A DNA stretch of 64,000 bases from positions 212,908,001-212,972,000 of the forward strand of contig OZ024743.1 in NCBI GenBank assembly GCA_964016885.1. Direction: 5' to 3'. The translations under genes were made by a program, and so were the position numbers. Below are positions 13,221 through 31,640 of the stretch, one piece after another. The number at the start of each line of letters is the position of its first letter. Positions within the stretch are counted from its first letter, which is position 1. This DNA is from Eledone cirrhosa. Taxonomy: Eukaryota. Below the pieces are notes generated by a model. That model searched no databases. It saw only the letters and a list, made by a program, of their open reading frames with translations, and was not told the origin of the DNA.

Positions 13221-13659
13221 GCATGCTACTGTACGTCTGTATACATATATGTATGTACGTATACATACATACTTACATTTAAGTAAGTGCCGTACTAAGA
13301 GTGAGAAATGAAATTTCGTTTTCATTTTATTTCAACTTATCGTTTTCGGTATGCCTGACCGACTTAACTCACTCCATATGCAAATTTGGCTGCTCAGCCG
13401 TTAATTTTCATAAGGAAAGTATATACATTCGAACGTTCAACTATCTGGCACAAGGATATAACGGTGCTGATGATAGCTAAAAAGCTTGAAACTAGTACAT
13501 AATCCCTGTGTCAGTGTTGAACAAAAAGTTGACGTGGTTGCCTTAACACCGTACGGCATAAATTCAGGCTGTTCAGTTTGTTTACAAACGAACAAAGCGG
13601 CGTTATAATAAGCGTCCGCTAAACTGATACGTGCATAAATGTATGTGTACCTGTATGTA

Positions 13660-13773
<114 letters not shown>

Positions 13774-14210
13774 TGCTACTGTACGTCTGTATACATATAT
13801 GTGTGTACGTATACATACATACTTACATTTAAGTCAGTGCCGTACTAAGTGTGAGAAATGAAATTTCGTTTTCATTTTATTTCAACTTATCGTTTTCGGT
13901 ATGCCGGACCGACTTAACTCACTCGGTAGCAAATTAGGCTGCTTAGCCGTTAATTTTCATAAGGAAAGTATATACTTTCGAACGTTCAACTATCTGGCAG
14001 AAGGGTATACGGAGCTAATGATAGCTAACAAGCTTGAAACTAGTACATCGTTCCTGTGTCAGTGTTGAACAAAAAGGTGACGTGGTTGCCTTAACACCGT
14101 ACGGCATAAATTCAGGCTGTTCAGTTTGTTTACAAACGAACAAAGCGGCGTTATAATAAGCGTCCGCTAAACTGATACGTGCATATATGAATGTGTACCT
14201 GTATGTATAT

Positions 14211-14242
<32 letters not shown>

Positions 14243-14673
14243 GCATGCTACTGTACGTCTGTATACATATATGTATGTACGTATACATACATACTTATAT
14301 TTAAGTAGGTGCCGTACTAAGACTGAGAAACGAAATTTCGTTTTCATTTTATTTCAACTTATCGTTTTCGATATGCCTGACCGACTTAACTCACTCGATA
14401 TGCAAATTAGGCTGCTCAGTCGTTAATTTTTATAAGGAAAGTATATACTTTCGAACGTTCAACTATCTGGCACAAGGATATACGGTGCTGATGATAGCTA
14501 AAAAGCTTGAAACTAGTACATCATTCCTGTGTCAGTGTTGAACAAAAAGGTGACGTGGTTGCCTTAACACCGACGGCATAAATTCAGGCTGTTCAGTTTG
14601 TTTACAAACGAACAAAGCGGCGTTGTAATAAGCGTCCGCTAAACTGATACGTGCATATATGCATGTGTACCTG

Positions 14674-14781
<108 letters not shown>

Positions 14782-15203
14782 TGCTACTGTACGTCTGTAT
14801 ACATATATGTATGTACGTATACTTACATTTAAGTCAGTGCCGTACTAAGTGTGAGAAATGAAATTTCGTTTTCATTTTATTTCAAATTATCGTTTTCGGA
14901 ATGCCTGATCGACTTAACTCACTCGGTATGCAAATTAGGCTGCTCAGCCGTTAATTTTCATAAGGAAAGTATATACTTTCGAACGTTCAACTATCTGGCA
15001 GAAGGGTATACGGTGCTAATGATAGCTAACAAGCTTGAAACTAGTACATCGTTCTTGTGTCAGTGTTGAACAAAAAGGTGACGTGGTTGCCTTAACACCG
15101 TACGGCATAAATTCAGGCTGTTCAGTTTGTTTACAAATGAACAAAGCGGCGTTATAATAAGCGTGCGCTAAACTGATACGTGCATATATGTATGCGTACC
15201 TGA

Positions 15204-15278
<75 letters not shown>

Positions 15279-16182
15279 TGCTACTGTACGTCTGTATACA
15301 TATATGTATGTACGTATACATACATACTTACATTTAAGTAAGTGCCGTATTAAGAGTCAGAAATGAAATTTCGTTTTCATTTTATTTCAACTTATCGTTT
15401 TCGGTATGCCTGACCGACTTAACTCACTCGATATGCAAATTAGGCTGATCAGCCCTTAATTTTCATATGGAAAGTATATACTTTCGAACGTTCAACTATC
15501 TGGCAGATGGATATACGGTGCTGATGATAGCTAACAAGCTTGAAACTAGTACATCGTTCCTGTGTCAGTGTTGAACAAAAATGTGACGTGGTTGCCTTAA
15601 CACCGTACGGCATAAATTCATGCTGTTCAGTTTGTTTACAAACGAACAAAGCGGCGTTATAATAGGCGTCCGTTAAACTGATACGTGCATATATGTATGT
15701 GTACCTGTATGTATATATGTATATATATATATATATATATATGCATGCTACTGTACGTCTGTATACATATATGTATGTACGTATACATACATACTTACAT
15801 TTAAGTAAGTGCCGTATTAAGAGTGAGAAATGAAATTTCGTTTTCATTTTATTTCAACTTATCGTTTTCGGTATGCCTGACCGACTTAACTCACTCGATA
15901 TGCAAATTACGCTGCTCAGCCGTTAATTTTCATAAGGAAAGTATATACTTTCGAACGTTCAACTATCTGGCAGAAGGATATACGGTGCTGATGATAGCTA
16001 ACAAGCTTGAAACTAGTACATCGTTCCTGTGTCAGTGTTGAACAAAAAGGTGACGTGGTTGCCTTAACACCGTACGGCATAAATTCAGGCTGTTCAGTTT
16101 GTTTATAAACGAACAAAGCGGCGTTATAATAAGCGTCCACTAAACTGATACGTGCATATATGTATGTGTACCTGTATGTATA

Positions 16183-16326
<144 letters not shown>

Positions 16327-16763
16327 TATATGCATGCTACTGTACGTCTGTATACATATTTGTATGTACGTATACATACATACTTACAATTAAGTCAGTG
16401 CCGTACTAAGTGTGAGAAATGAAATTTCGTTTTCATTTTATTTCAACTTATCGTTTTCGGTATGCCTGACCGACTTAACTCACTCGATATGCAAATTACG
16501 CTGCTCAGCCGTTAATTTTCATAAGGAAAGTATATACTTTCGAACGTTCAACTATCTGGCAGAAGGATATACGGTGCTGATGATAGCTAACAAGCTTGAA
16601 ACTAGTACATCGTTCCTGTGTCAGTGTTGAACAAAAAGGTGACGTGGTTGCCTTAACACCGTACGGCACAAATGCAGGCTGTTCAGTTTGTTTACAAACG
16701 AACAAAGCGGCGTTATAATATGTGTCCGCTAAACTGATACGTGCATATATGTATGTGTACCTG

Positions 16764-16817
<54 letters not shown>

Positions 16818-17697
16818 TGCTACTGTACGTCTGTATACATATATGTATGTACGTATACATACATACTTATATTTAAGTAAGTGCCGTACTAAGAGTGAGA
16901 AATGAAATTTCGTTTTCATTTTATTTCAACTTATCGTTTTCGGTATGCCTGACCGACTTAACTCACTCGATATGCAAATTAGGCTGCTCAGCCGTTAATT
17001 TTCATAAGGAAAGTATATACTTTCGAACGTTCAACTATCTGGCACAAGGATATACGGTGCTGATGATAGCTAAAAAGCTTGAAACTAGTACATCATTCCT
17101 GTGTCAGTTTCGAACAAAAAGGTGACGTGGTTGCCTTAACACCGTACGGCATAAATTCAGGCTGTTCAGTTTGTTTACAAACGAACAAAGCGGCGTTATA
17201 ATAAGCGTCCGCTAGACTGATACGTGTATGTATGTATGTGTACCTGTATGTATATATATATATATGCATGCTACTATACGTCTGTATACATATATGTATG
17301 TACGTATACATACATACTTTCATTTAAGTCAGTGCCTTACTAAGTGTGAGAAATGAAATTTCGTTTTCATTTTATTTCAACTTATCGTTTTCGGTATGCC
17401 TGACCGACTTAACTCACTCGGTATGCAAATTAGGCTGCTCAGCCGTTAATTTTCATAAGGAAAGTATATACTTTCGAACGTTCAACTATCTGGCAGAAGG
17501 GTATACGGTGCTAATGATAGCTAACAAGCTTGAAACTAGTACATCGTTCCTGTGTCAGTGTTGAACAAAAATGTGACGTGGTTGCCTTAACACCGTACGG
17601 CATAAATTCAGGCTGTTCAGTTTGTTTACAAACGAACAAAGCGGCGTTATAATAAGCGTCCGCTAAACTGATACGTGCATATATGTATGTGTACCTG

Positions 17698-17801
<104 letters not shown>

Positions 17802-18230
17802 TGCTACTGTACGTCTGTATACATATATGTATGTAGGTATACATACATACTTATATTTAAGTAAGTGCCGTACTAAGAGTGAGAAATGAAATTTCGTTTT
17901 CATTTTATTACAACTTATCGTTTTCGGTATGCCTGACCGACGTAATTCACTCGATATGCAAATTAGGCTGCTCAGCCGTTAATTTTCATAAGGAAAGTAT
18001 ATACTTTCGAACGTTCAACTATCTGGCACGAGGATATACGGTGCTGATGATAGCTAAAAAGCTTGAAACTAGTATATCATTCCTGTGTCAGTTTTGAAAA
18101 AAAAGGTGACGTGGTTGCCTTAACACCGTACGGGATAAATTCAGGCTGTTCAGTTTGTTTACAAACGAACAAAGCGGCGTTATAATAAGCGTCCGCTAAA
18201 CTGATACGTGTATGTATGTCTGTGTACCTG

Positions 18231-18290
<60 letters not shown>

Positions 18291-18728
18291 TGCTACTGTA
18301 CGTCTGTATACATATATGTATGTACGTATACATACATACTTATATTTAAGTAAGTGCCGTACTAAGAGTGAGAAATGAAATTTCGTTTTCATTTTATTTC
18401 AACTTATCGTTTTCGGTATGCCTGACCGACTTAACTCACTCGATATGCAAATTAGGCTGCTCAGCCGTTAAGTTTCATAAGGAAAGTATATACTTTCGAA
18501 CGTTCAACTATCTGGCAGAAGGGTATACGGTGCTGATGATAGCTAACAAGCTTGAAACTAGTACATCGTTCCTGTGTCAGTGTTGACCAAAAAGGTGACG
18601 TGGATGCCTTAACACCGTACGGCATAAATTCAGGCTGTTCAGTTTGTTTACAAACGAACAAAGCGGCGTTATAATAATCGTCCGCTAAACTGATACGTGC
18701 ATATATGTATGTGTACCTGTATGTATAA

Positions 18729-18801
<73 letters not shown>

Positions 18802-19236
18802 TGCTACTGTACGTCTGTATACATATATGTATGTACGTATACATACATACTTACATTTAAATAAGTGCCGTATTAAGAGTGAGAAATGAAATATCGTTTT
18901 CATTTTATTTCAACTTATCGTTTTCGGTATGCCTGACCGACATAACTCACTCGATATGCAAATTAGGCTGCTCAGCCGTTAATTTTCATATGGAAAGTAT
19001 ATACTTTCGAACGTTCAACTATCTGGCAGAAGGATATACGGTGCTGATGATAGCTAACAAGCTTGAAACTAGTACATCGTTCCTGTGTCAGTGTTGAATA
19101 AAAATGTGACGTGGTTGCCTTAACACCGTACAGCATAAATTCAGGCTGTTCAGTTTGTTTACAAACGAACAAAGCGGCGTTATAATAAGCGTCCGCTAAA
19201 CTGATACGTGCATATATGTATGTGTACCTGTATGTG

Positions 19237-19322
<86 letters not shown>

Positions 19323-19756
19323 TGCTACTGTACGTCTGTATACATACATGTATGTACGTATACATACATACTTACATTTAAGTAAGTGCCGTATTAAGAG
19401 TGAGAAATGAAATTTCGTTTTCATTTTATTTCAAATTATCGTTTTCGGTATGCCTGACTGACTTAACTCACTCGATATGCAAATTAAGCTGCTCAGCCGT
19501 TAATTTTCATAAGGAAAGTATATACTTTTGAACGTTCAACTATCTGGCAGAAGGATGTACGGTGCTGATGATAGCTAACAAGCTTGAAACTAGTACATCG
19601 TTCCTGTGTCAGTGTTGCACAAAAATGTGACGTGGTTGCTTAACACCGTACGGCATAAATTCATGCTGTTCAGTTTGTTTACAAACGAACAAAGCGGCGT
19701 TATAATAGGCGTCCGTTAAACTGATACGTGCATATATGTATGTGTACCTGTATGTA

Positions 19757-19812
<56 letters not shown>

Positions 19813-20249
19813 TGCTACTGTACGTCTGTATACATACATGTATGTACGTATACATACATACTTACATTTAAGTAAGTGCCGTATTAAGAGTGAGAAATGA
19901 AATTTCGTTTTCATTTTATTTCAAATTATCGTTTTCGGTATGCCTGACTGACTTAACTCACTCGATATGCAAATTACGCTGCTCAGCCGTTAATTTTCAT
20001 AAGTAAAGTATATACTTTCGAACGTTCAACTATCTGGCAGAAGGATATACGGTGCTGATGATAGCTAACAAGCTTGAAACTAGTACATCGTTCCTGTGTC
20101 AGTGTTGAACATAAAGGTGACGTGGTTGCCTTAACACCGTACGGCATAAATTCAGGCTGTTCAGTTTGTTTATAAACGAACAAAGCGGCGTTATAATAAG
20201 CGTCCACTAAACTGATACGTGCATATATGTATGTGTACCTGTATGTATA

Positions 20250-20411
<162 letters not shown>

Positions 20412-20840
20412 TGCTACTGTACGTCTGTATACATATATGTATGTACGTATACATACATACTTACATTTAAGTAAGTGCCGTACTAAGAGTGAGAAATGAA
20501 ATTTCGTTTTCATTTTATTTCAACTTATCGTTTTCGGTATGCCTGACCGACTTAACTCGATCGATATGTAAATTAGGCTGCTCAGCCGTTAATTTTCATA
20601 AGGAAAGTATATACTTTCGAACGTTCAACTATCTGGCAGAAGGGTATACGGTGCTGATGATAGCTAACAAGCTTGAAACTAGTACATCGTTCCTGTGTCT
20701 GTGTTGAACAAAAGGGTGACGTGGTTGTCTTAACACCGTGCGGCATAAATTCAGGCTGTTCAGTTTGTTTACAAACGAACAAAGCGGCGTTATAATAAGC
20801 GTCCGCTAAACTGATACGTGCATATATGTATGTGTACCTG

Positions 20841-20892
<52 letters not shown>

Positions 20893-21321
20893 TGCTACTG
20901 TACGTCTGTATACATATATGTATGTAGGTATACATACATACTTATATTTAAGTAAGTGCCGTACTAAGAGTGAGAAATGAAATTTCGTTTTCATTTTATT
21001 ACAACTTATCGTTTTCGGTATGCCTGACCGACGTAATTCACTCGATATGCAAATTAGGCTGCTCAGCCGTTAATTTTCATAAGGAAAGTATATACTTTCG
21101 AACGTTCAACTATCTGGCACGAGGATATACGGTGCTGATGATAGCTAAAAAGCTTGAAACTAGTATATCATTCCTGTGTCAGTTTTGAAAAAAAAGGTGA
21201 CGTGGTTGCCTTAACACCGTACGGCATAAATTCAGGCTGTTCAGTTTGTTTACAAACGAACAAAGCGGCGTTATAATAAGCGTCCGCTAAACTGATACGT
21301 GTATGTATGTCTGTGTACCTG

Positions 21322-21373
<52 letters not shown>

Positions 21374-21814
21374 TGCTACTGTACGTCTGTATACATATAT
21401 GTATGTACGTATACATACATACTTATATTTAAGTAAGTGCCGTACTAAGAGTGAGAAATGAAATTTCGTTTTCATTTTATTTCAACTTATCGTTTTCGGT
21501 ATGCCTGACCGACTTAACTCACTCGATATGCAAATTAGGCTGCTCAGCCGTTAAGTTTCATAAGGAAAGTATATACTTTCGAACGTTCAACTATCTGGCA
21601 GAAGGGTATACGGTGCTGATGATAGCTAACAAGCTTGAAACTAGTACATCGTTCCTGTGTCAGTGTTGACCAAAAAGGTGACGTGGATGCCTTAACACCG
21701 TACGGCATAAATTCAGGCTGTTCAGTTTGTTTACAAACGAACAAAGCGGCGTTATAATAATCGTCCGCTAAACTGATACGTGCATATATGTATGTGTACC
21801 TGTATGTATAAATG

Positions 21815-21880
<66 letters not shown>

Positions 21881-22315
21881 TGCTACTGTACGTCTGTATA
21901 CATATATGTATGTACGTATACATACATACTTACATTTAAATAAGTGCCGTATTAAGAGTGAGAAATGAAATATCGTTTTCATTTTATTTCAACTTATCGT
22001 TTTCGGTATGCCTGACCGACATAACTCACTCGATATGCAAATTAGGCTGCTCAGCCGTTAATTTTCATATGGAAAGTATATACTTTCGAACGTTCAACTA
22101 TCTGGCAGAAGGATATACGGTGCTGATGATAGCTAACAAGCTTGAAACTAGTACATCGTTCCTGTGTCAGTGTTGAATAAAAATGTGACGTGGTTGCCTT
22201 AACACCGTACAGCATAAATTCAGGCTGTTCAGTTTGTTTACAAACGAACAAAGCGGCGTTATAATAAGCGTCCGCTAAACTGATACGTGCATATATGTAT
22301 GTGTACCTGTATGTG

Positions 22316-22395
<80 letters not shown>

Positions 22396-22829
22396 TGCTA
22401 CTGTACGTCTGTATACATACATGTATGTACGTATACATACATACTTACATTTAAGTAAGTGCCGTATTAAGAGTGAGAAATGAAATTTCGTTTTCATTTT
22501 ATTTCAAATTATCGTTTTCGGTATGCCTGACTGACTTAACTCACTCGATATGCAAATTAAGCTGCTCAGCCGTTAATTTTCATAAGGAAAGTATATACTT
22601 TTGAACGTTCAACTATCTGGCAGAAGGATGTACGGTGCTGATGATAGCTAACAAGCTTGAAACTAGTACATCGTTCCTGTGTCAGTGTTGCACAAAAATG
22701 TGACGTGGTTGCTTAACACCGTACGGCATAAATTCATGCTGTTCAGTTTGTTTACAAACGAACAAAGCGGCGTTATAATAGGCGTCCGTTAAACTGATAC
22801 GTGCATATATGTATGTGTACCTGTATGTA

Positions 22830-22875
<46 letters not shown>

Positions 22876-23318
22876 TGCTACTGTACGTCTGTATACATAT
22901 ATGTATGTACGTATACATACATACTTACATTTAAGTAAGTGCCGTATTAAGAGTGAGAAATGAAATTTCGTTTTCATTTTATTTCAAATTATCGTTTTCG
23001 GTATGCCTGACTGACTTAACTCACTCGATATGCAAATTACGCTGCTCAGCCGTTAATTTTCATAAGGAAAGTATATACTTTCGAACGTTCAACTATCTGG
23101 CAGAAGGATATACGGTGCTGATGATAGCTAACAAGCTTGAAACTAGTACATCGTTCCTGTGTCAGTGTTGAACATAAAGGTGACGTGGTTGCCTTAACAC
23201 CGTACGGCATAAATTCAGGCTGTTCAGTTTGTTTATAAACGAACAAAGCGGCGTTATAATAAGCGTCCACTAAACTGATACGTGCATATATGTATGTGTA
23301 CCTGTATGTATATATATG

Positions 23319-23478
<160 letters not shown>

Positions 23479-23916
23479 TGCTACTGTACGTCTGTATACA
23501 TATATGTATGTACGTATACATACATACTTACATTTAAGTAAGTGCCGTACTAAGAGTGAGAAATGAAATTTCGTTTTCATTTTATTTCAACTTATCGTTT
23601 TCGGTATGCCTGACCGACTTAACTCACTCGATATGCAAATTAGGCTGCTCAGCCGTTAAGTTTCATAAGGAAAGTATATACTTTCGAACGTTCAACTATC
23701 TGGCAGAAGGGTATACGGTGCTGATGATAGCTAACAAGCTTGAAACTAGTACATCGTTCCTGTGTCAGTGTTGACCAAAAAGGTGACGTGGATGCCTTAA
23801 CACCGTACGGCATAAATTCAGGCTGTTCAGTTTGTTTACAAACGAACAAAGCGGCGTTATAATAATCGTCCGCTAAACTGATACGTGCATATATGTATGT
23901 GTACCTGTATGTATAA

Positions 23917-23983
<67 letters not shown>

Positions 23984-24418
23984 TGCTACTGTACGTCTGT
24001 ATACATATATGTATGTACGTATACATACATACTTACATTTAAATAAGTGCCGTATTAAGAGTGAGAAATGAAATATCGTTTTCATTTTATTTCAACTTAT
24101 CGTTTTCGGTATGCCTGACCGACATAACTCACTCGATATGCAAATTAGGCTGCTCAGCCGTTAATTTTCATATGGAAAGTATATACTTTCGAACGTTCAA
24201 CTATCTGGCAGAAGGATATACGGTGCTGATGATAGCTAACAAGCTTGAAACTAGTACATCGTTCCTGTGTCAGTGTTGAATAAAAATGTGACGTGGTTGC
24301 CTTAACACCGTACAGCATAAATTCAGGCTGTTCAGTTTGTTTACAAACGAACAAAGCGGCGTTATAATAAGCGTCCGCTAAACTGATACGTGCATATATG
24401 TATGTGTACCTGTATGTG

Positions 24419-24498
<80 letters not shown>

Positions 24499-24932
24499 TG
24501 CTACTGTACGTCTGTATACATACATGTATGTACGTATACATACATACTTACATTTAAGTAAGTGCCGTATTAAGAGTGAGAAATGAAATTTCGTTTTCAT
24601 TTTATTTCAAATTATCGTTTTCGGTATGCCTGACTGACTTAACTCACTCGATATGCAAATTAAGCTGCTCAGCCGTTAATTTTCATAAGGAAAGTATATA
24701 CTTTTGAACGTTCAACTATCTGGCAGAAGGATGTACGGTGCTGATGATAGCTAACAAGCTTGAAACTAGTACATCGTTCCTGTGTCAGTGTTGCACAAAA
24801 ATGTGACGTGGTTGCTTAACACCGTACGGCATAAATTCATGCTGTTCAGTTTGTTTACAAACGAACAAAGCGGCGTTATAATAGGCGTCCGTTAAACTGA
24901 TACGTGCATATATGTATGTGTACCTGTATGTA

Positions 24933-24978
<46 letters not shown>

Positions 24979-25421
24979 TGCTACTGTACGTCTGTATACA
25001 TATATGTATGTACGTATACATACATACTTACATTTAAGTAAGTGCCGTATTAAGAGTGAGAAATGAAATTTCGTTTTCATTTTATTTCAAATTATCGTTT
25101 TCGGTATGCCTGACTGACTTAACTCACTCGATATGCAAATTACGCTGCTCAGCCGTTAATTTTCATAAGGAAAGTATATACTTTCGAACGTTCAACTATC
25201 TGGCAGAAGGATATACGGTGCTGATGATAGCTAACAAGCTTGAAACTAGTACATCGTTCCTGTGTCAGTGTTGAACATAAAGGTGACGTGGTTGCCTTAA
25301 CACCGTACGGCATAAATTCAGGCTGTTCAGTTTGTTTATAAACGAACAAAGCGGCGTTATAATAAGCGTCCACTAAACTGATACGTGCATATATGTATGT
25401 GTACCTGTATGTATATATATG

Positions 25422-25581
<160 letters not shown>

Positions 25582-26022
25582 TGCTACTGTACGTCTGTAT
25601 ACATATATGTATGTACGTATACATACATACTTACATTTAAGTAAGTGCCGTACTAAGAGTGAGAAATGAAATTTCGTTTTCATTTTATTTCAACTTATCG
25701 TTTTCGGTATGCCTGACCGACTTAACTCGATCGATATGTAAATTAGGCTGCTCAGCCGTTAATTTTCATAAGGAAAGTATATACTTTCGAACGTTCAACT
25801 ATCTGGCAGAAGGGTATACGGTGCTGATGATAGCTAACAAGCTTGAAACTAGTACATCGTTCCTGTGTCTGTGTTGAACAAAAGGGTGACGTGGTTGTCT
25901 TAACACCGTACGGCATAAATTCAGGCTGTTCAGTTTGTTTACAAACGAACAAAGCTGCGTTATAATAAGCGTCCGCTGAACTGATACGTGCATATATGTA
26001 TGTGTACCTGTATGTATATATG

Positions 26023-26230
<208 letters not shown>

Positions 26231-26675
26231 TATATGCATGCTACTGTACGTCTGTATGTCTGTATACATATATGTATGTACGTATACATACATACTTACA
26301 TTTAAGTCAGTGCCGTACTAAGTGTGAGAAATGAAATTTCGTTTTCATTTTATTTCAACTTATCGTTTTCGGTATGCCTGACCGACTTAACTCACTCGGT
26401 ATGCAAATTAGGCTGATTAGCCGTTAATTTTCATAAGGAAAGTATATACTTTCGAACGTTCAACTATCTGGCAGAAGGGTATACGGTGCTAATGATAGCT
26501 AACAAGCTTGAAACTAGTACATCGTTCCTGTGTCAGTGTTGAACAAAAAGGTGACGTGGTTGCCTTAACACCGTACGGCATAAATTCAGGCTGTTCAGTT
26601 TGTTTACAAACGAACAAAGCGGCGTTATAATAAGCGTCCGCTAAACTGATACGTGTATGTATGTATGTGTACCTG

Positions 26676-26719
<44 letters not shown>

Positions 26720-27153
26720 TGCTACTGTACGTCTGTATACATATATGTATGTACGTATAATACATACTTACATTTAAGTAAGTGCCGTACTAAGAGTGAG
26801 AAATGAAATTTCGTTTTCATTTTATTTCAACTTATCGTTTTCGGTATGCCTGACCGACTTAACTCACTCGATATGCAAATTAGGCTACTCAGCCGTTAAT
26901 TTTCATAAGGAAAGTATATACTTTCGAACGTTCAACTATCTGGCACAAGGATATACGGTGCTGATGATAGCTAAAAAGCTTGAAACTAGTACATCATTCC
27001 TGTGTCAGTGTTGAACAAAAAGTTGACGTGGTTGCCTTAACACCGTACGGCATAAATTCAGGCTGTTCAGTTTGTTTACAAACGAACAAAGCGGCGTTAT
27101 AATATGCGTTCACTAAACTGATACGTGCATAAATTTATGTGTACCTGTATGTA

Positions 27154-27197
<44 letters not shown>

Positions 27198-28556
27198 TGC
27201 TACTGTACGTCTGTATACATATATGTATGTACGTATACATACATACTTACATTTAAGTAAGTGCCGTACTAAGTGTGAGAAATGTAATTCCGTTTTCATT
27301 TTATTTCAACTTATCGTTTTCGGTATGCCTGACCGACTTAACTCACTCGATATGCAAATTAGACTACTCAGCCGTTAATTTTCATAAGGAAAGTATATAC
27401 TTTCGAACGTTCAACTATCTGGCAGAAGGGTATACGGTGCTAATGATAGCTAACAAGCTTGAAGCTAGTACATCGTTCCTGTGTCAGTGTTGAACAAAAA
27501 GGTGACGTGGTTGCCTTAACACCGTACGGCATAAATTCAGGCTGTTCAGTTTGTTTACAAACGAACAAAGCGGCGTTATAATAGGCGTCCGTTAAACTGA
27601 TACGTGCATATATGTATGTGTACCTGTATGTATATATGTATATATATATATATATATATATGCATGCTACTGTACGTCTGTATACATATATGTATGTACG
27701 TATACATACATACTTACATTTAAGTAAGTGCCGTATTAAGAGTGAGAAATGAAATTTCGTTTTCATTTTATTTCAACTTATCGTTTTCGGTATGCCTGAC
27801 CGACTTAACTCACTCGATCTGCAAATTAGGCTGCTCAGCCGTTAATTTTCATAAGGAAAGTATATACTTTCTAACGTTGAACTATCTTGCAGAAGGGTAT
27901 ACGGTGCCGATGATAGCTAACAAGCTTGAAACTAGTACATCGTGCCTGTGTCAGTGTTGAACAAAAAGGTGACGTGGTTGCCTTAACACCGTACGGCATA
28001 AATTCAGGCTGCTCAGTTTGTTTACAAACGAACAAAGCGTCGTTGTAATAAGCGTCCGCTAAACTGATACGTGCATATATGTATGTGTACCTGTATGTAT
28101 ATATATATATATATGCATGCTACTCTACGTTTGTATACATATATGTATGTACGTATACATACATACTTACATTTAAGTAAGTGCCGTACTAAGAGTAAGA
28201 AATGAAATTTCGTTTTCATTTTATTTCAACTTATCGTTTTCGGTATGCCTAACCGATTTAACTCACTCGATATGCAAATTAGGCTGCTCAGCCGTTAATT
28301 TTCATAAGGAAAGTATATACTTTCGAACGTTCAACTATCTGGCAGAAGGGTATACGGTGCTGATGATAGCTAACAAGCTTGAAACTAGTACATCGTTCCT
28401 GTGTCAGTGTTGAACAAAAAGGTGACGTGGTTGCCTTAACACCGTACGGCACAAATTCAGGCTGTTCAGTTTGTTTACAAACGAACAAAGCGGCGTTATA
28501 ATAAGCGTCCGCTAAACTGATACGTGCATATATGTATGTGTACCTGTATGTATATT

Positions 28557-28686
<130 letters not shown>

Positions 28687-29112
28687 TGCTACTCTACGTC
28701 TGTATACATATATGTATGTACGTATACATACATACTTACATTTAAGTAAGTGCCGTACTAAGAGTGAGAAATGAAATTTTGTTTTCATTTTATTTCAACT
28801 TATCGTTTTCGGTATGCCTGACCGACTTAACTCACTCCATATGCAAATTAGGCTGCTCAGCCGTTAATTTTCATAAGGAAAGTATATACTTTCGAACGTT
28901 CAACTATCTGGCACAAGGATATACGGTGCTGATGATAGCTAAAAAGCTTGAAACTAGTACTTCATTCCTGTGTCAGTTTCGAACAAAAAGGTGACGTGGT
29001 TGCCTTAACACCATACGGCATAAATTCAGGCTGTTCAGTTTGTTTACAAACGAACAAAGCGGCGTTATAATAAGCGTCCGCTAAACTGATACGTGTATGT
29101 ATGTATGTGTAC

Positions 29113-29151
<39 letters not shown>

Positions 29152-29580
29152 TGCTACTGTACGTCTGTATACATATATGTATGTACGTATACATACATAC
29201 TTACATTTAAGTAAGTGCCGTACTAAGAGTGAGGAATGAAATTTCGTTTTCATTTTATTTCAACTTATCGTTTTCGGTATGCCTGACCGACTTAACTCAC
29301 TCGATATGCAAATGAGGCTGCTCAGCCGTTAATTTTCATAAGGAAAGTATATACTTTCGAACGTTCAACTATCTGGCACAAGGATATACGGTGCTGATGA
29401 TAGCTAAAAAGCTTGAAACTAGTACATCGTTCCTGTGTCAGTGTTGAACAAAAAGGTGACGTGGTTGCCTTAACACCGTACGGCATAAATTCAGGCTGTT
29501 CAGTTTGTTTACAAACGAACAAAGCGGCGTTATAATAAGCGTCCGCTAAACTGATACGTGCATATATGCATGTGTACCTG

Positions 29581-29640
<60 letters not shown>

Positions 29641-30075
29641 TGCTACTGTACGTCTGTATACATATATGTATGTACGTATACATACATACTTATATTTAAG
29701 TAGGTGCCGTACTAAGAGTGAGAAATGAAATTTCGTTTTCATTTTATTTCAACTTATCGTTTTCGGTATGCCTGACCGACTTAACTCACTCGATATGCAA
29801 ATTAGGCTGCTCAGCCGTTAATTTTCATAAGGAAAGTATATACTTTCGAACGTTCAACTATCTGGCACAAGGATATACGGTGCTGATGATAGCTAAAAAG
29901 CTTGAAACTAGTACATCATTCCTGTGTCAGTGTTGAACAAAAAGGTGACGTGGTTGCCTTAACACCGTACGACATAAATTCAGGCTGTTCAGTTTGTTTA
30001 CAAACGAACAAAGCGGCGTTATAATAAGCGTCCGCTAAACTGATACTTGTATGTATGTATGTGTACCTGTATGTA

Positions 30076-30187
<112 letters not shown>

Positions 30188-30616
30188 TGCTACTGTACGT
30201 CTGTATACATATATGTATGTACGTATACATACATACTTACATTTAAGTAAGTGCCGTACTAAGAGTGAGGATTGAAATTTCGTTTTCATTTTATTTCAAC
30301 TTATCGTTTTCGGTATGCCTGACCGACTTAACTCACTCGATATGCAAATTAGGCTGCTCAGCCGTTAATTTTCATAAGGAAAGTATATACTTTCTAACGT
30401 TCAACTACCTTGCAGAAGGGTATACGGTGCCGATGATAGCTAACAAGCTTGAAACTAGTACATCGTTCCTGTGTCAGTGTTGAACAAAAAGGTGACGTGG
30501 TTGCCTTAACACCGTACGGCATAAATTCATGCTGTTCAGTTTGTTTACAAACGAACAAAGCGGCGTTATAATAAGCGTCCGCTAAACTGATACGTGCATA
30601 TATGTATGTGTACCTG

Positions 30617-30652
<36 letters not shown>

Positions 30653-31078
30653 TGCTACTGTACGTCTGTATACATATATGTATGTACGTATACATACATA
30701 CTTATATTTAAGTAAGTGCCGTACTAAGAGTGAGAAATGAAATTTCGTTTTCATTTTATTTCAACTTATCGTTTTCGGTATGCCTGACCGACTTAACTCA
30801 CTCGATATGCAAATTAGGCTGCTCAGCCGTTAATTTTCATAAGGAAAGTATATACTTTCGAACGTTCAACTATCTGGCACAAGGATATACGGTGCTGATG
30901 ATAGCTAAAAAGCTTGAAACTAGTAGTTCATTCCTGTGTCAGTTTCGAACAAAAAGGTGACGTGGTTGCCTTAACACCATACGGCATAAATTCAGGCTGC
31001 TCAGTTTGTTTACAAACGAACAAAGCGGCGTTATAATAAGCGTCCGCTAAACTGATACGTGTATGTATGTATGTGTAC

Positions 31079-31139
<61 letters not shown>

Positions 31140-31568
31140 TGCTACTGTACGTCTGTATACATATATGTATGTACGTATACATACATACTTACATTTAAGT
31201 AAGTGCCGTACTAAGAGTGAGGAATGAAATTTCGTTTTCATTTTATTTCAACTTATCGTTTTCGGTATGCCTGACCGACTTAACTCACTCGATATGCAAA
31301 TGAGGCTGCTCAGCCGTTAATTTTCATAAGGAAAGTATATACTTTCGAACGTTCAACTATCTGGCACAAGGATATACGGTGCTGATGATAGCTAAAAAGC
31401 TTGAAACTAGTACATCGTTCCTGTGTCAGTGTTGAACAAAAAGGTGACGTGGTTGCCTTAACACCGTACGGCATAAATTCAGGCTGTTCAGTTTGTTTAC
31501 AAACGAACAAAGCGGCGTTATAATAAGCGTCCGCTAAACTGATACGTGCATATATGCATGTGTACCTG

Positions 31569-31640
<72 letters not shown>
